Below, one piece after another: positions 1 through 10,080 of a stretch of DNA of 64,000 bases (position 1 is its first letter; each line of letters opens with the position of its first letter). The position numbers and the translations under genes are program-made. The notes beneath the pieces were generated by a model. That model was not told the DNA's origin. It saw nothing but the letters and a program-made list of their open reading frames with translations, and did not search any database. Source of the stretch: Thermotogaceae bacterium. Its GTDB lineage: Bacteria > Thermotogota > Thermotogae > Thermotogales > Thermotogaceae. The stretch covers positions 247,441-311,440 of the forward strand of contig JALWTT010000015.1 in assembly GCA_027077795.1 (NCBI GenBank). The letters run 5' to 3'.

Positions 1-117
1 ATGATTACAATCGCACTTTGATATCCTCAATAATCGGTTAATCTCGAGTTAAATTTCAGTCCAGGCGCCTAGGTTCAGGTTTCTGTCCTTTGAAGTTTAA
101 AAACTATTAAAGGGGGG

Positions 118-1725
118 ATGCTTATGAGCATGAAGGTTAAGGTCCTTCTGGTTTCTCTCCTCCCGATGATAGCCGTTTACCTCACGGGGGTGTTCGTCCT
201 AGCTGACTTTCAAAAATTTAAGGGCAACTTATCAGACTTCCTTGGAAGGGAAGTAGAGCTAAGCGACGCAATTACACGGATCGAGCAATCCGCAAGATTA
301 ATAAAATCCAGCGTTTTAGGGATAGATTTGAAGGCGGAGATAGAAGAGCTTCTAAAATCCGTTAACAAACTGAAAAATCTGGGAATAAAGAGTTCAGATT
401 TGGCCCGCGTGGAAAAGCTCTCATCGGATATCAAGGAAATGGTAAAAAACCCAAATGAGGAAAAATTGAAGAGCCTTTCGGATGAGCTTGACAAGGGTGC
501 TCAAAATCTGAAGAGATTCGTTCTAGACAAGATGAAGTCAGAGAGAGGTGATGTAAAGGCTTTCGCCAAAAAGGTTTCATCTAACCTTCTAATATTCCCA
601 GCTATCTTTTTAGGAATAGGAATCTTTGCAATATATTGGATGACGTCGAGGCTTCTCAGGAACCTTTCACCTCTCATGGAAGCTTCTCGTAGACTTCAAG
701 ATAGCGATCTAACGTTTGATTTTCAGGAGTACAAGGGCAGGGACGAAATCTCACGACTTCTGAACAGTTTCAAAACCGCCACCTTCACTTTGAAGGAGAA
801 TATGGAGACGATAAAGAGTAACACAGAGGATGTCGCCACTAGAATGGATGAAATCACGGCATCTGTTGAGGGAGTAAGCAGCAGTATGGATGAAATAACC
901 CAGGCCATGTCGAATATCGCCGCGGAGATGGAGAATGTGTCAGCTGGAATAGAGGAAACGACCGCAGAGATGAACGAAGTCTCCTCTGCCACCAAGGCTA
1001 TCGCAAATGATGCGAGTGAAGTTGCAAATTTTGGAAGAGAGAGTGCTGAGATAGCCGAAAAGAGTAAAGCATCCATGAAGAAACTCGAAGGGTCCATAGG
1101 AAACATAAGCGAAATATCCTTGAAAATTGATGATGTTGTTAAGGGATTTGCAGAAGGTGCACGGGAGATAAGGTCCTTCGTTGAAACCATAACGGCAATA
1201 GCAGAGCAAACAAATCTTCTTGCTCTGAATGCAGCGATAGAAGCTGCAAGAGCCGGAGAAGCTGGAAAGGGATTTGCGGTGGTTGCAGATGAGATAAGAA
1301 AATTAGCTGAGGAAAGCAAGAGAGCAGCCGAAGAAGTGGAAAAGGTCGTTCAGGAAGTTGACGAGATATCCAGGCAGTCTGTTCACGTCGCTAAAGGGAT
1401 ATCCGAGGAGATAGAGAAAAGTTTGGAGATAGTTAGGAGAACAGGAGATGATATGATCGAGATCGTGGAAAGGATAGACAAGATTTCTCAGATGATAGAG
1501 AGAATCTCTGCAGCTGTTGAAGAACAAACAGCAGCGGTGGATGAGGTTTCAACCGCTATGAACACGAATTCCAAGAGTATAATGAATGTATCCGCTGCCA
1601 CTCAACAAGTGACGGCTTCTGTGGAAAACACAAATGCTTCCATGCAAGAGATAGCTGCGTCTGTTAAAGAAGTCCGTGAAAACGCGAGGAACTTGCTCGG
1701 CGTTGTGGAAAGCTACAAAGCGTGA
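118..1725 (+). CDS. methyl-accepting chemotaxis protein (TM anchor, HAMP, MCP signalling domain)
   Basis: 535 aa. N-terminal hydrophobic segments. Highly conserved MCP signalling motif [36 protein letters not shown]. Strong RBS GGGGGG 5 nt before ATG. Confidence 0.9.
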   Translation: MLMSMKVKVLLVSLLPMIAVYLTGVFVLADFQKFKGNLSDFLGREVELSDAITRIEQSARLIKSSVLGIDLKAEIEELLKSVNKLKNLGIKSSDLARVEKLSSDIKEMVKNPNEEKLKSLSDELDKGAQNLKRFVLDKMKSERGDVKAFAKKVSSNLLIFPAIFLGIGIFAIYWMTSRLLRNLSPLMEASRRLQDSDLTFDFQEYKGRDEISRLLNSFKTATFTLKENMETIKSNTEDVATRMDEITASVEGVSSSMDEITQAMSNIAAEMENVSAGIEETTAEMNEVSSATKAIANDASEVANFGRESAEIAEKSKASMKKLEGSIGNISEISLKIDDVVKGFAEGAREIRSFVETITAIAEQTNLLALNAAIEAARAGEAGKGFAVVADEIRKLAEESKRAAEEVEKVVQEVDEISRQSVHVAKGISEEIEKSLEIVRRTGDDMIEIVERIDKISQMIERISAAVEEQTAAVDEVSTAMNTNSKSIMNVSAATQQVTASVENTNASMQEIAASVKEVRENARNLLGVVESYKA

Positions 1726-1736
1726 GGAGGTGCATC

Positions 1737-2822
1737 ATGAACGAGTACTCAGAAGAGGCCATTTCAAGTGCTATAAACTTCTTCGAGAATTTGAATCTCA
1801 GGATGAGCGTTGAGGACTTCATGAGAAAGCTTCTCGAGATTTCGCTGGCCATATTCCCCATATTTGACAGGGGAAGTGTCATAATAAGACATGGGGGTGA
1901 ATGGCGGTATGTCGCGTGGATTGGATATCCAGACGAACTTGGAGAGATCAGAGCCACTAACTTGTACATTCCAGATGGTGAGAATCCAGTTGTAGTGGAT
2001 AGAATAATGGAAATGAGCAGAGGGTTCCTGACGAGGAGGGAGATAGAACAATTCGAAAAAGTTGGGTCCGAACTTCTGAAGAAAACAGTTGCAGTTGCGA
2101 TAAGGGTTGATAACAAAGCAGTGGGAGGGATTTTCCTGGATTCAACGAAGGATGTCCATATAACAGATGATCTTCTGAAAGCGATGAAGGCTTTTGGAAA
2201 GCTTGCATCCATTTTCACGGCGATGAAGCTCTATCAGGAAAGAGAGAGGGGGTACCAGAGGGAGATAATTCTCGCCATGAGAAAGGCCATGGAAGCTAGA
2301 GATCCGCATACTGTTGGACATTCCGAAAGGGTGGCAAGATACGCAGTGTCGATAGCGAAGAAACTAGGACTCGATATGAAGGAGGTAGATAAGATCTATT
2401 GGGGTTCTATAATCCATGACATAGGGAAACTAGCCGTTCCAGAACAGATCCTCTTGAAGCCAACCAAACTTTCTCCAGAAGAGTATGAGGTGGTTAAGCG
2501 TCACACCATAGTGGGGTACTCTATGCTGGAAGGTTACCCATGGCTTGAGAACATACGACATATACTGAGGAGTCACCATGAAAGGTGTGACGGAAATGGG
2601 TATCCGGATGGGTTAAGGTGTGATGAGATACCACTGGATGTGAAAGTGGTTTCCGTGGCAGACGCTTTTGACGCCATGACATCGCACAGAGCCTACAGAA
2701 AAGCTCTGTCTTTAGAGCAGGCACTCCACGAGATAGAAAAGGAGGCTGGAAAGCAGTTTGACCCTGAAGTAGCCCGAACATCTTTATCGGTTTTGGAAGA
2801 GTTGTTCGATAAGAATCCTTAA
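1737..2822 (+). CDS. HD-GYP domain c-di-GMP phosphodiesterase with N-terminal sensor (GAF-like) domain
   Basis: HD motif (IIHDIGK) and HHERCDGNGYP (HD-GYP signature). Start refined to the ATG after GGAGGTG that overlaps the MCP stop; the ORF track starts at 1722. Confidence 0.85.
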   Translation: MNEYSEEAISSAINFFENLNLRMSVEDFMRKLLEISLAIFPIFDRGSVIIRHGGEWRYVAWIGYPDELGEIRATNLYIPDGENPVVVDRIMEMSRGFLTRREIEQFEKVGSELLKKTVAVAIRVDNKAVGGIFLDSTKDVHITDDLLKAMKAFGKLASIFTAMKLYQERERGYQREIILAMRKAMEARDPHTVGHSERVARYAVSIAKKLGLDMKEVDKIYWGSIIHDIGKLAVPEQILLKPTKLSPEEYEVVKRHTIVGYSMLEGYPWLENIRHILRSHHERCDGNGYPDGLRCDEIPLDVKVVSVADAFDAMTSHRAYRKALSLEQALHEIEKEAGKQFDPEVARTSLSVLEELFDKNP

Positions 2823-3979
2823 CTGGACCTTTTTGAATCATATGCTATATCCCAAATCGCGAAGGCCAGCGATGCGACGGCGAACACCCAAATGCTTTTT
2901 ACCATGAAAAGTATATTGTTTCCAAAAAAAGATGAGTAAAGGAGGTTTACAAGGTTTCCAAGGGACCAGCCGAGTCCCATGGCGATTGATGAAGCAAAGG
3001 CGGCGTTCATAGGCAATCTCTTCTGAGCTTCAACGGTAACGGAAGACATGGAAAGATACCCAGGTGCGAGCATGGAAACAAAAAGGAGCACAAACTGCCA
3101 TGTTATGTTTCTGGAGAAGTTGAGAATACTCCATGGATGAACAACGTAAGAGAAATCTACCATGGAGAATATGAGAGCTGTACCGCTCATAAGAACGGAA
3201 GAGAGTAAGTTTATGTAAAAGTTTCCGATCTTCTCTCCTATGTGAACACCGAAGTAGGAGAGAGCCATCCCAACAAATCTGGTTATCGTCAGTATAGATC
3301 CACCTATGACAAGACTCAGCCCGGCGAGTTTCGCGTACATTGGACCGTAAACCTGAGCTACTCCCATGGTAGCTGATCTGAGGGCCACGTATAGCAACAA
3401 CGGCAGCAAAATCTTTATACCATTCAACGAGAGCTTTGGCGGAGCCTTTTTTTCAACCTTTAAAAATCTCATTCTGGGGATAGTTAACAGGGCTATAGTT
3501 GATAGTGCTATTCCAATCCAAAAAAGCCCACTCAGATTGGTCTTTTGTGCATACCAAGTTATGAATACAGGTCCAACCGCGTATCCAAACATACCTGAGA
3601 GGGTGAAATATGCGAGGTCGCTTTTTCTCCTTGTGGATGCCATTATGGCTCCCATTGGATGAAAAGCGGAACTCGCGAGTTGGGCAAAGAAAACCAAGAC
3701 GACGAATATCCAAAAGTGGCTCGTCAGGGATATAGAGTAAGCTGAGAGAAATGTTATTATTAAAACCACAGTGAGGTAGAGATTCCTTAAGGAAACTCTG
3801 TCGCTCAGTGCTCCAAAGGCGGGTTGAACTATGGAAGATGTTAGAGACATCGAATAAAGTGCCATCGCATAAGTGCGACTCGACACGGAAAAAACCTCCG
3901 TGAGATATGGTCCCAGAGGCTGGAATATACTCGTTGCCATATCTGCGAAGAAGTGTACAATTACAGCGATCCAGAACAT
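2819..3979 (-). CDS. MFS family transporter
   Basis: 386 aa with about 12 predicted hydrophobic helices and the MFS-like motif QPxFGALSDR. Stop overlaps the HD-GYP stop convergently. Confidence 0.8.
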   Translation of the reverse strand: MFWIAVIVHFFADMATSIFQPLGPYLTEVFSVSSRTYAMALYSMSLTSSIVQPAFGALSDRVSLRNLYLTVVLIITFLSAYSISLTSHFWIFVVLVFFAQLASSAFHPMGAIMASTRRKSDLAYFTLSGMFGYAVGPVFITWYAQKTNLSGLFWIGIALSTIALLTIPRMRFLKVEKKAPPKLSLNGIKILLPLLLYVALRSATMGVAQVYGPMYAKLAGLSLVIGGSILTITRFVGMALSYFGVHIGEKIGNFYINLLSSVLMSGTALIFSMVDFSYVVHPWSILNFSRNITWQFVLLFVSMLAPGYLSMSSVTVEAQKRLPMNAAFASSIAMGLGWSLGNLVNLLYSSFFGNNILFMVKSIWVFAVASLAFAIWDIAYDSKRSS

Positions 3980-4001
3980 AACTGGAAAATTATAGCAGAA
4001 G

Positions 4002-4757
4002 GTGAGCAGAGTGATAAGTGTAAAAAGCCTGACAAAGGTGTTTGGAGAAAAAGTGGCAGTTGATCACATAAATATTCATGTAAAGCAAGGAGAAATATAC
4101 GCATTTTTAGGTCCAAATGGAGCGGGAAAGACCACTACTCTCAAGATGTTAACGGGTGTTATGAGACCAACCGAAGGTGAGGTTCATATCCTCGGTACGA
4201 ATATCTTGAGAAATCCTGTAAAGGTTAAAAGAGAGATAGGAGTTGTCCCGGATGAGCCGAAAATGTATCCCTCTCTCAAGGGATGGGAATTTTTGGAGTT
4301 CATCAGAAAGGTTTATAGATCAGATGACAAGGAGACGCGAGTGAGAATGGAAAACCTCTTGGATATATTTGGTATCAATTACCTGGACAGGTACATATTT
4401 GAGATGTCACATGGTATGAAACAGAAGCTCATGCTCGTCTCAGTTCTGATGAGGAAACCAAAGGTGATATTTTTAGATGAGCCCTCCGTTGGGCTGGATG
4501 TCATAGCAACAGCGGTTTTGAAAGAACTTCTGAAGAAGCACGCTACGGGGGGAGGGGCCGTGTTTTTAACTACACATATACTGGATATGGCTCAAGATCT
4601 CGCAGATAGGGTGGGAATAATAAATGAAGGTAGGATAGTTGCCGAAGGAACTGTGGATGAACTGAGGAAAATCGCTGGGAGGAAAGAGCTTGAAGAGATA
4701 TTCATAAAACTCACCGGGAATGAAGAAAGGCTCAGGGAGATGCTTGAAAAGCTATGA
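4002..4757 (+). CDS. ABC transporter ATP-binding protein (ABC-2 exporter type)
   Basis: Walker A GPNGAGKTT, signature MSHGMKQK, Walker B IFLDEP. GTG start; an alternative GTG at 4011 has a better AAGGTGA RBS. Confidence 0.85.
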   Translation: MSRVISVKSLTKVFGEKVAVDHINIHVKQGEIYAFLGPNGAGKTTTLKMLTGVMRPTEGEVHILGTNILRNPVKVKREIGVVPDEPKMYPSLKGWEFLEFIRKVYRSDDKETRVRMENLLDIFGINYLDRYIFEMSHGMKQKLMLVSVLMRKPKVIFLDEPSVGLDVIATAVLKELLKKHATGGGAVFLTTHILDMAQDLADRVGIINEGRIVAEGTVDELRKIAGRKELEEIFIKLTGNEERLREMLEKL

Positions 4758-6184
4758 AGGACTTGTTTCTTCTCGTGAAGTACGGGAGTAAGGGCTCCAG
4801 TTTGGTGCTAGGCAAGAAAGGAAAGATTTTTTCCTCTATCTTTCCCCTTTTGCTCGCGATATTGGTATTTGGGCTACCCATATACTACACGCAATACATA
4901 ACATTTTCCCGGCCGATGCCGAAGGAGGTTTTTCATCTAGTTGGAGGGCTTTGGTCTTTGATGATGTCACTTCTTACACTCACCTCGTTGATACCTGGGA
5001 TTCTCTACTCTGTTACGGGAAGCGAAGATAGAGAACTTTTGTCTTATCTGCCAATAGATGGTGCAACTCTTAGATGGTATTTCACACTCATTTCACTGGT
5101 CACGAATCCAATGTTACCGGTGGCTTATGTCATGGGACTGATGGGGACGTTCAGAGGGCGGGGTATGAGCATCTGGTTGGGTCTCGCGAACGGATTGTCA
5201 CAACTGATCTTTTTGACTGGCTTAGCCTCTGTCGTAGCTTTTCTTCTCTCCTGGAGAATCTGGGCAACCAGAAGACTTTACATGTACTCTTTCATAGTGG
5301 ATGTCATACTCCTTGTTCTCGTTATACAGATAAATCCAGCTACAGCTGGAAATCCATTGGGAATGGCTAGAAAACTTTTATCGATGCGGTGGTTATTGGT
5401 TTCAAATTTTTCCCCGTTCTACTGGCCGATTTCCAATCGTCCGTGTGAGATAGTAGCCTTGGGTGCTATAACACTCTTATTGGCGAGCTTCATACCGGTA
5501 GGGGAACCTGAAGTTCGTCTCTCGGAAAAGAAGTCGAGGTTTCTTGGAAAGGAGATCGCGTTGTTTTTGAGAAAGGAGCAAAACGCATTCTTTCTAGCCT
5601 ACCCTCTGATCTTTTCTATTCTGTATGGGTATTTCTTCAAAAGTGATCTTCAGATGTATCTCATACATGTAACCTTCGCTGCATTTTATTCATCTGTTTC
5701 CTCTGGTGCACTGGTTCAGGAAGAACTTCTTATCTACCCGTTGTCAAGAGTTTTGCCAATCATCCCTGTCAAATTGATGCTTGGTAAGATCTTAGTGACC
5801 CTAGTTGCTTACAGCATGACAGCAGTTGTCGTTGTTGTGTTCGGACTCGTGAACGGTTTTAAACTCGTTGATACGTCCTACATACTTTCGTTTCCTGTGA
5901 CAGTGCTTCTATCTACATCCTATGGGGCGCTTGAAGCTATGAGAAATCCAGAATTCAGCAGAGGAAGAGTTTTAAACGGGAAGGGACTTTTGAGAGTTGA
6001 AGCAACCGGAGTTGGATTTGCGTTGATTTCGTTCGGGATTCCCGGGGGACTTTTGGATGCTATCTACGAGTTTTCGTATCCAGTGAAAGTAATGGTTCTT
6101 TTGGCCTCTCCGTTGGTTGGAATCCTTCTAGCCATTCGCTTTATCAGAAACGCCACCGGAGAATTTCAATCATTTGAGTTTTGA
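4754..6184 (+). CDS. ABC-2 type transporter permease / polytopic membrane protein
   Basis: 476 aa, many hydrophobic helices, start overlaps the ATPase stop by 4 bp (translational coupling). Confidence 0.6.
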   Translation: MKDLFLLVKYGSKGSSLVLGKKGKIFSSIFPLLLAILVFGLPIYYTQYITFSRPMPKEVFHLVGGLWSLMMSLLTLTSLIPGILYSVTGSEDRELLSYLPIDGATLRWYFTLISLVTNPMLPVAYVMGLMGTFRGRGMSIWLGLANGLSQLIFLTGLASVVAFLLSWRIWATRRLYMYSFIVDVILLVLVIQINPATAGNPLGMARKLLSMRWLLVSNFSPFYWPISNRPCEIVALGAITLLLASFIPVGEPEVRLSEKKSRFLGKEIALFLRKEQNAFFLAYPLIFSILYGYFFKSDLQMYLIHVTFAAFYSSVSSGALVQEELLIYPLSRVLPIIPVKLMLGKILVTLVAYSMTAVVVVVFGLVNGFKLVDTSYILSFPVTVLLSTSYGALEAMRNPEFSRGRVLNGKGLLRVEATGVGFALISFGIPGGLLDAIYEFSYPVKVMVLLASPLVGILLAIRFIRNATGEFQSFEF

Positions 6185-6616
6185 TCGCCAATGATTCTTC
6201 TCAGCTACCTCATCGAGAAATTTTTTTTCCCGATAGTCGAGTTCCCTCAAGTATTCCTTATATCTTCTCTCTTTGAGTTTTTCAAGTGCCATTCTCTCTT
6301 TCCTCTTTTCAAGATATATTTTGAGCTTTTCCTGCTCCTCGGCTTTCTTGGCGGATATTTCCTCCCTCAGATTGTATTTCTCTTCCTCGAGCTTTTCCAT
6401 ATAGACTTTCCACTCGTGTATCTCAGCACCACTGGATCCTTCTTCCAAACGCTTTAACAGTTTATCGCTTGTGATTTTGATCTTTTCTTCTAACACTTCA
6501 AGCTCGCTTTCGAGTATGGCGAGCTTGTTTCTCACCTTCACCAGGTCCAATCTGGCGTTTTCTTCTGCCCTTTCACGTAATCTCAATATGGACTCCAATC
6601 TGAAGTTGAATCTCAA
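6170..6616 (-). CDS. fliJ: FliJ-like coiled-coil protein (flagellar export chaperone family)
   Basis: 148 aa, entirely charged coiled coil. N-terminus MRFNFRLESILRLRERAEE and C-terminal LEKLKERRYKEY...REKKFLDEVA match the FliJ family pattern. Located away from any flagellar operon. Confidence 0.45.
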   Translation of the reverse strand: MRFNFRLESILRLRERAEENARLDLVKVRNKLAILESELEVLEEKIKITSDKLLKRLEEGSSGAEIHEWKVYMEKLEEEKYNLREEISAKKAEEQEKLKIYLEKRKERMALEKLKERRYKEYLRELDYREKKFLDEVAEKNHWRSKLK

Positions 6617-8001
6617 ACTTCTACCTCCAAATCTGGATAAAGCTTTTTCAGCCTGGACACTGCGAATTCGTAGTATTTTTCCTCGTTTCCTTTGATCCTA
6701 GACTCCGTGAATACACGTATTATTGGCTCAGTCCCGCTTGCTCTTACCAGTACCCATCCATCCTTGAAGAAAATCTTTGTACCGTCTGTTGTGTCCACCT
6801 TGTAGCCCTCTTTTAACACCAATTTGGCAAAATCTTCCACAGCTTTTTTCCTATCTCCTTCAAACGATATCTTACCCTTAAACTGATAGAACACCGGGAG
6901 CTCTAAAAGAAGCTCCTCAAAATTCCTCTCGGTTTTCGATATCGCTTCGACTATCCTCACAGTTGTAAACATTCCGTCCCTTCCAAGGACTATATCTGGA
7001 AAGATCACGCCTCCGTTCTCTTCACCCCCTATGATTCCGTTCACCTCGAGCAATTTCCCTGTCACTACAAGATCTCCCACTTTTGTTCTGTAGACTTTCA
7101 CGCCAAAAATTTTCGCCACTTCATCGATGATGTCGGAAGTTGCCACGGTTGTAACAACCGGCCCTTTCTTTTGCTCAAGGGTGAACTTCTCTACAAGAGC
7201 GAAAGTTTTATCACCTTGGACGAATTTCCCATCCCTTGTGAGAAAAACTGCCCTGTCAGCATCTCCATCTTGAGCCACAGCGAGATCTGGCGATAAGGCC
7301 TTGACCATTTTTCTCGTATCTTCAAGGTTCTTCTCGTTTGGTTCAGGATTTCGTGCGGAGAAAAATCCGGAAGTGTGAGAATTCACAGACAGAACTTTAC
7401 ATCCCAACTTCTCCAGGATTTCCGGGAGAACTACCGCTCCTGCACCTCCAGCTTCGTCAACAAGGATAAAAGGCTTTCTGGATTTCACAGCATCTATATC
7501 AATTCTGCTCTCAACCTCACGGAAGTACTGTTCCCTCACATCCATTGCTATCCTTCTTCCCATTTTCCACGTGTTCACCTCGAAAAACTTCTCACTCTCG
7601 AAAATTTCCTCCACTATTCCTTCTTTTTTCCTGGAAAGGCCCATCCCATTTCCTTCTAGAAGTTTTATCCCGTTGTACTGCGGAGGGTTGTGAGAAGCTG
7701 TTATAACGGCTCCACCGCTCACCTTAAGAATTCTCGAAGAGAACTGAACAAGAGGTGTTGGAAGAAGTCCAACATCGATCACGTCGACGCCGCTGGAAAG
7801 AAGTCCTGCGATGAAGGCCAACATCAAGGACTCGCCACTACGGCGAGAATCCCTTCCAACAACCACTCTTGGATTCTCTTCATATCCTCTGAGAAATGTT
7901 CCAAAAGCTCTTCCCATTTTCATAGCAAATTCCTCATTTAAGAAATCGGGGTACACTCCTCGTACCCCGAAAGTTCCAAATATCTTACCCATTCTCCACA
8001 C
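6613..8001 (-). CDS. phosphoglucosamine mutase / phosphomannomutase family (alpha-D-phosphohexomutase)
   Basis: Active-site serine loop ITASHNPPQYNGIK, N-terminal FGTFGVRG, 462 aa. Confidence 0.8.
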   Translation of the reverse strand: MWRMGKIFGTFGVRGVYPDFLNEEFAMKMGRAFGTFLRGYEENPRVVVGRDSRRSGESLMLAFIAGLLSSGVDVIDVGLLPTPLVQFSSRILKVSGGAVITASHNPPQYNGIKLLEGNGMGLSRKKEGIVEEIFESEKFFEVNTWKMGRRIAMDVREQYFREVESRIDIDAVKSRKPFILVDEAGGAGAVVLPEILEKLGCKVLSVNSHTSGFFSARNPEPNEKNLEDTRKMVKALSPDLAVAQDGDADRAVFLTRDGKFVQGDKTFALVEKFTLEQKKGPVVTTVATSDIIDEVAKIFGVKVYRTKVGDLVVTGKLLEVNGIIGGEENGGVIFPDIVLGRDGMFTTVRIVEAISKTERNFEELLLELPVFYQFKGKISFEGDRKKAVEDFAKLVLKEGYKVDTTDGTKIFFKDGWVLVRASGTEPIIRVFTESRIKGNEEKYYEFAVSRLKKLYPDLEVEV

Positions 8002-8004
8002 CCC

Positions 8005-8826
8005 TCACAGATTCATGTTCAGATACGCTTTTATTAGGAGGTTACCGGTCAATTTTTTTCTGTACTCGGCCGATGCTCTGACATCTGTTATCGGTTTCAC
8101 CCTATCGGAATATTCCATGGCGAGTGATTCAAAAAGCTCTTTTTTTGGTCTTTCACCAATGAGCTTTTCTTCAAGATCTGTGAACCTCACCACCGTTGGA
8201 CCAACAGATCCATAGGCTATACGGGCGTCTTCGATCACACCACTTTCAATTTTCAAGGCCACAGCTATGCTCGCTATGGATATCACCATGGAATTCCTTC
8301 TACCAACTTTTTCGTAGTACGTCGTGTACCCTTCAAGCGGTTCGAGAATTACCGCATATATGAACTCTTCATCTGACAGGTCGACTTTCCCTGGACCTTT
8401 GACGAAGTTCTTCACGGGCACTTCTCTCATGGATGGACCCACAATAACCTTTGAGTCGTAAACGTAGGTCGATAGAAGGAAATCTCCAGCTGGTGAAGCG
8501 TTCCCCAGGTTTCCAACAGGCGTTCCACGATTTCTTATCTGAGGGGATCCGACTTCCAGTAGAATTTTCATGAGAAGGCTGTACTTCCTGGCACATCCGG
8601 ATTTGAGTATGTCTGTATAAGTTGTGTTCATGTATATTCTCAAACCTTTGTCACATTCGAGCTTAGGAGTTTCCACCTTTTTCGTGTCAACCACGAGATC
8701 AGGTTTCAGCACCCCAGCTCTCATTTTTACAAATAGATCTGTCCCACCACTGAACAATTTTCCGCCACCTTTTTTAAGCTCTGAAAGCTCTTCCAAGGTT
8801 ACCGGAGCCGCGTAATTGAATTTCAT
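8005..8826 (-). CDS. FAD-binding subunit of the xanthine dehydrogenase / CO dehydrogenase family (CoxM-like)
   Basis: 273 aa. N-terminal FAD-binding PCMH motif LFSGGTDLFVKMRAG and a CO-dehydrogenase flavoprotein C-terminal domain. Confidence 0.7.
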   Translation of the reverse strand: MKFNYAAPVTLEELSELKKGGGKLFSGGTDLFVKMRAGVLKPDLVVDTKKVETPKLECDKGLRIYMNTTYTDILKSGCARKYSLLMKILLEVGSPQIRNRGTPVGNLGNASPAGDFLLSTYVYDSKVIVGPSMREVPVKNFVKGPGKVDLSDEEFIYAVILEPLEGYTTYYEKVGRRNSMVISIASIAVALKIESGVIEDARIAYGSVGPTVVRFTDLEEKLIGERPKKELFESLAMEYSDRVKPITDVRASAEYRKKLTGNLLIKAYLNMNL

Positions 8827-9302
8827 GAAGCATCACCACGCTTTCTCCTAGCAGCTTCTTTCACGGCTTCGATTATCCTGGCGTACCCGGTACATCTGCA
8901 TATATTCCCTTCCAGAGCTTTCTTAATGTCTTCTTCTTTGGGGTTGGGGTTTTCGTCCAGGAGAACTTTTGTGGAGACTATGAAACCAGGTGTGCAGAAT
9001 CCGCATTGAACGGCTCCGACGTCCGCATAAGCTTCGGATATATAAGTTTCACCACTTTCTATGATCCCTTCTAGTGTCCAGACGTCCTTTCCATCTAGTT
9101 CTACGGCTAGCATCAGGCAAGAGTGCACGTTCCTGCCGTTCACTATTATCGTACAAGCTCCGCATTCACCCTCGCTACATCCCTCTTTAACAGATGTCAT
9201 ACCCATATCGTCCCTCAAGAAATCCAAAGCCCTCTTGTAGGGTTCCACATCGGCTTCAACCCATTTCCCGTTGAGTTTGAATGAAATTTTTATGGCGATC
9301 AC
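8823..9302 (-). CDS. (2Fe-2S)-binding small subunit of the xanthine dehydrogenase / CO dehydrogenase family (CoxS-like)
   Basis: Cys clusters CSEGECGACT and CGFCTPGF...CRCTGY. 159 aa. GTG start immediately after GGAGG. Overlaps the upstream ABC ATPase by 47 bp. Confidence 0.85.
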   Translation of the reverse strand: MIAIKISFKLNGKWVEADVEPYKRALDFLRDDMGMTSVKEGCSEGECGACTIIVNGRNVHSCLMLAVELDGKDVWTLEGIIESGETYISEAYADVGAVQCGFCTPGFIVSTKVLLDENPNPKEEDIKKALEGNICRCTGYARIIEAVKEAARRKRGDAS

Positions 9303-10080
9303 CTCCAGTTTTCAACTCGAGACTCTCCCTGATTCCAACTATCCTGACCACTTTGTAGTTCTTCATCTCGGTGAGCAACTTGGATGGAACATATTTCCTC
9401 TCACCGTCCGCTTCGATTTCCACGAGCCTTTTCTCCATTACCTCGTTGACTTCTGCATCGAATACCTTCCTCCCGCCTTCCAATATCACAACTCTGTCGA
9501 CTACGGACACCAGATCCTCATCGTGCGATGCTATGAAGACCATCACTCCTCTTGATGCCATCTCAGATATCAGATCTTTCGTTATGGCTACCGTTTCCAA
9601 GTCGAGCTCGTTTGTTGGCTCGTCCAAGAGTAATATGAGTGGATCTACTATCATTTGGGAAATAGCCAATGACATCCGCTGTTTCATCCCCTTTGAAAGA
9701 TACCTACAAGGTTTGTCGGAGAAAATTATACCAAAGCGTTTTTTCAAAGAGTGAAAGTCTCCTTTGTATCCATATAGCCACGAATAAAATTCCAGATTTT
9801 CATCTACGGATAATTCTGGAACCAGAGGTGGATCCTCTGGGACAAACGATATCCTGCCTCGAATATTACTGGGACTCTTCAGGATATCTTCACCATCTAT
9901 TTCGTAATTTCCAACAGTGGGTTTGACAACTGTTCCGAGTATTTTGAGAAGGGTGGATTTACCCGCAGAATTCTGGCCAAGGATGAGGATAACTTCTCCA
10001 TCTCTCGCCTTGAGGTTGATATCCCTCAAAACCCATTCCTTTCTGTAGCGCTTTCCTATATTCTGGAGTTTCAACTCCAT
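9256..10080 (-). CDS. ABC transporter ATP-binding protein, no adjacent permease
   Basis: Walker A GQNSAGKST, signature LSKGMKQR, Walker B LLLDEP, about 60 aa C-terminal extension. Confidence 0.8.
   Translation of the reverse strand: MELKLQNIGKRYRKEWVLRDINLKARDGEVILILGQNSAGKSTLLKILGTVVKPTVGNYEIDGEDILKSPSNIRGRISFVPEDPPLVPELSVDENLEFYSWLYGYKGDFHSLKKRFGIIFSDKPCRYLSKGMKQRMSLAISQMIVDPLILLLDEPTNELDLETVAITKDLISEMASRGVMVFIASHDEDLVSVVDRVVILEGGRKVFDAEVNEVMEKRLVEIEADGERKYVPSKLLTEMKNYKVVRIVGIRESLELKTGGDRHKNFIQTQREMG

Noticed and set aside
723-1319. Long antisense ORFs inside confirmed genes (e.g. 723-1319 minus, 11637-11930 plus, 23428-23904 plus, 55841-56461 plus, 52913-53356 plus)
   Set aside because: They are low-complexity, Ser/Leu/Phe-rich shadow ORFs lying opposite strongly supported genes, as expected by chance in AG-rich coding sequence.
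5074-5370. 98-aa alternative-frame ORF inside the ABC permease gene
   Set aside because: It lies embedded in-phase-shifted within a clearly membrane-protein-coding frame, with no independent support.
8823-9302. The 47-bp out-of-frame overlap between the 2Fe-2S gene and the upstream ABC ATPase gene as evidence of a frameshift or pseudogene
   Set aside because: Both reading frames are intact with complete conserved motifs. Long overlaps are common in this compact genome. The FeS gene start (GTG abutting GGAGG) is uncertain but there is no sign of disruption.
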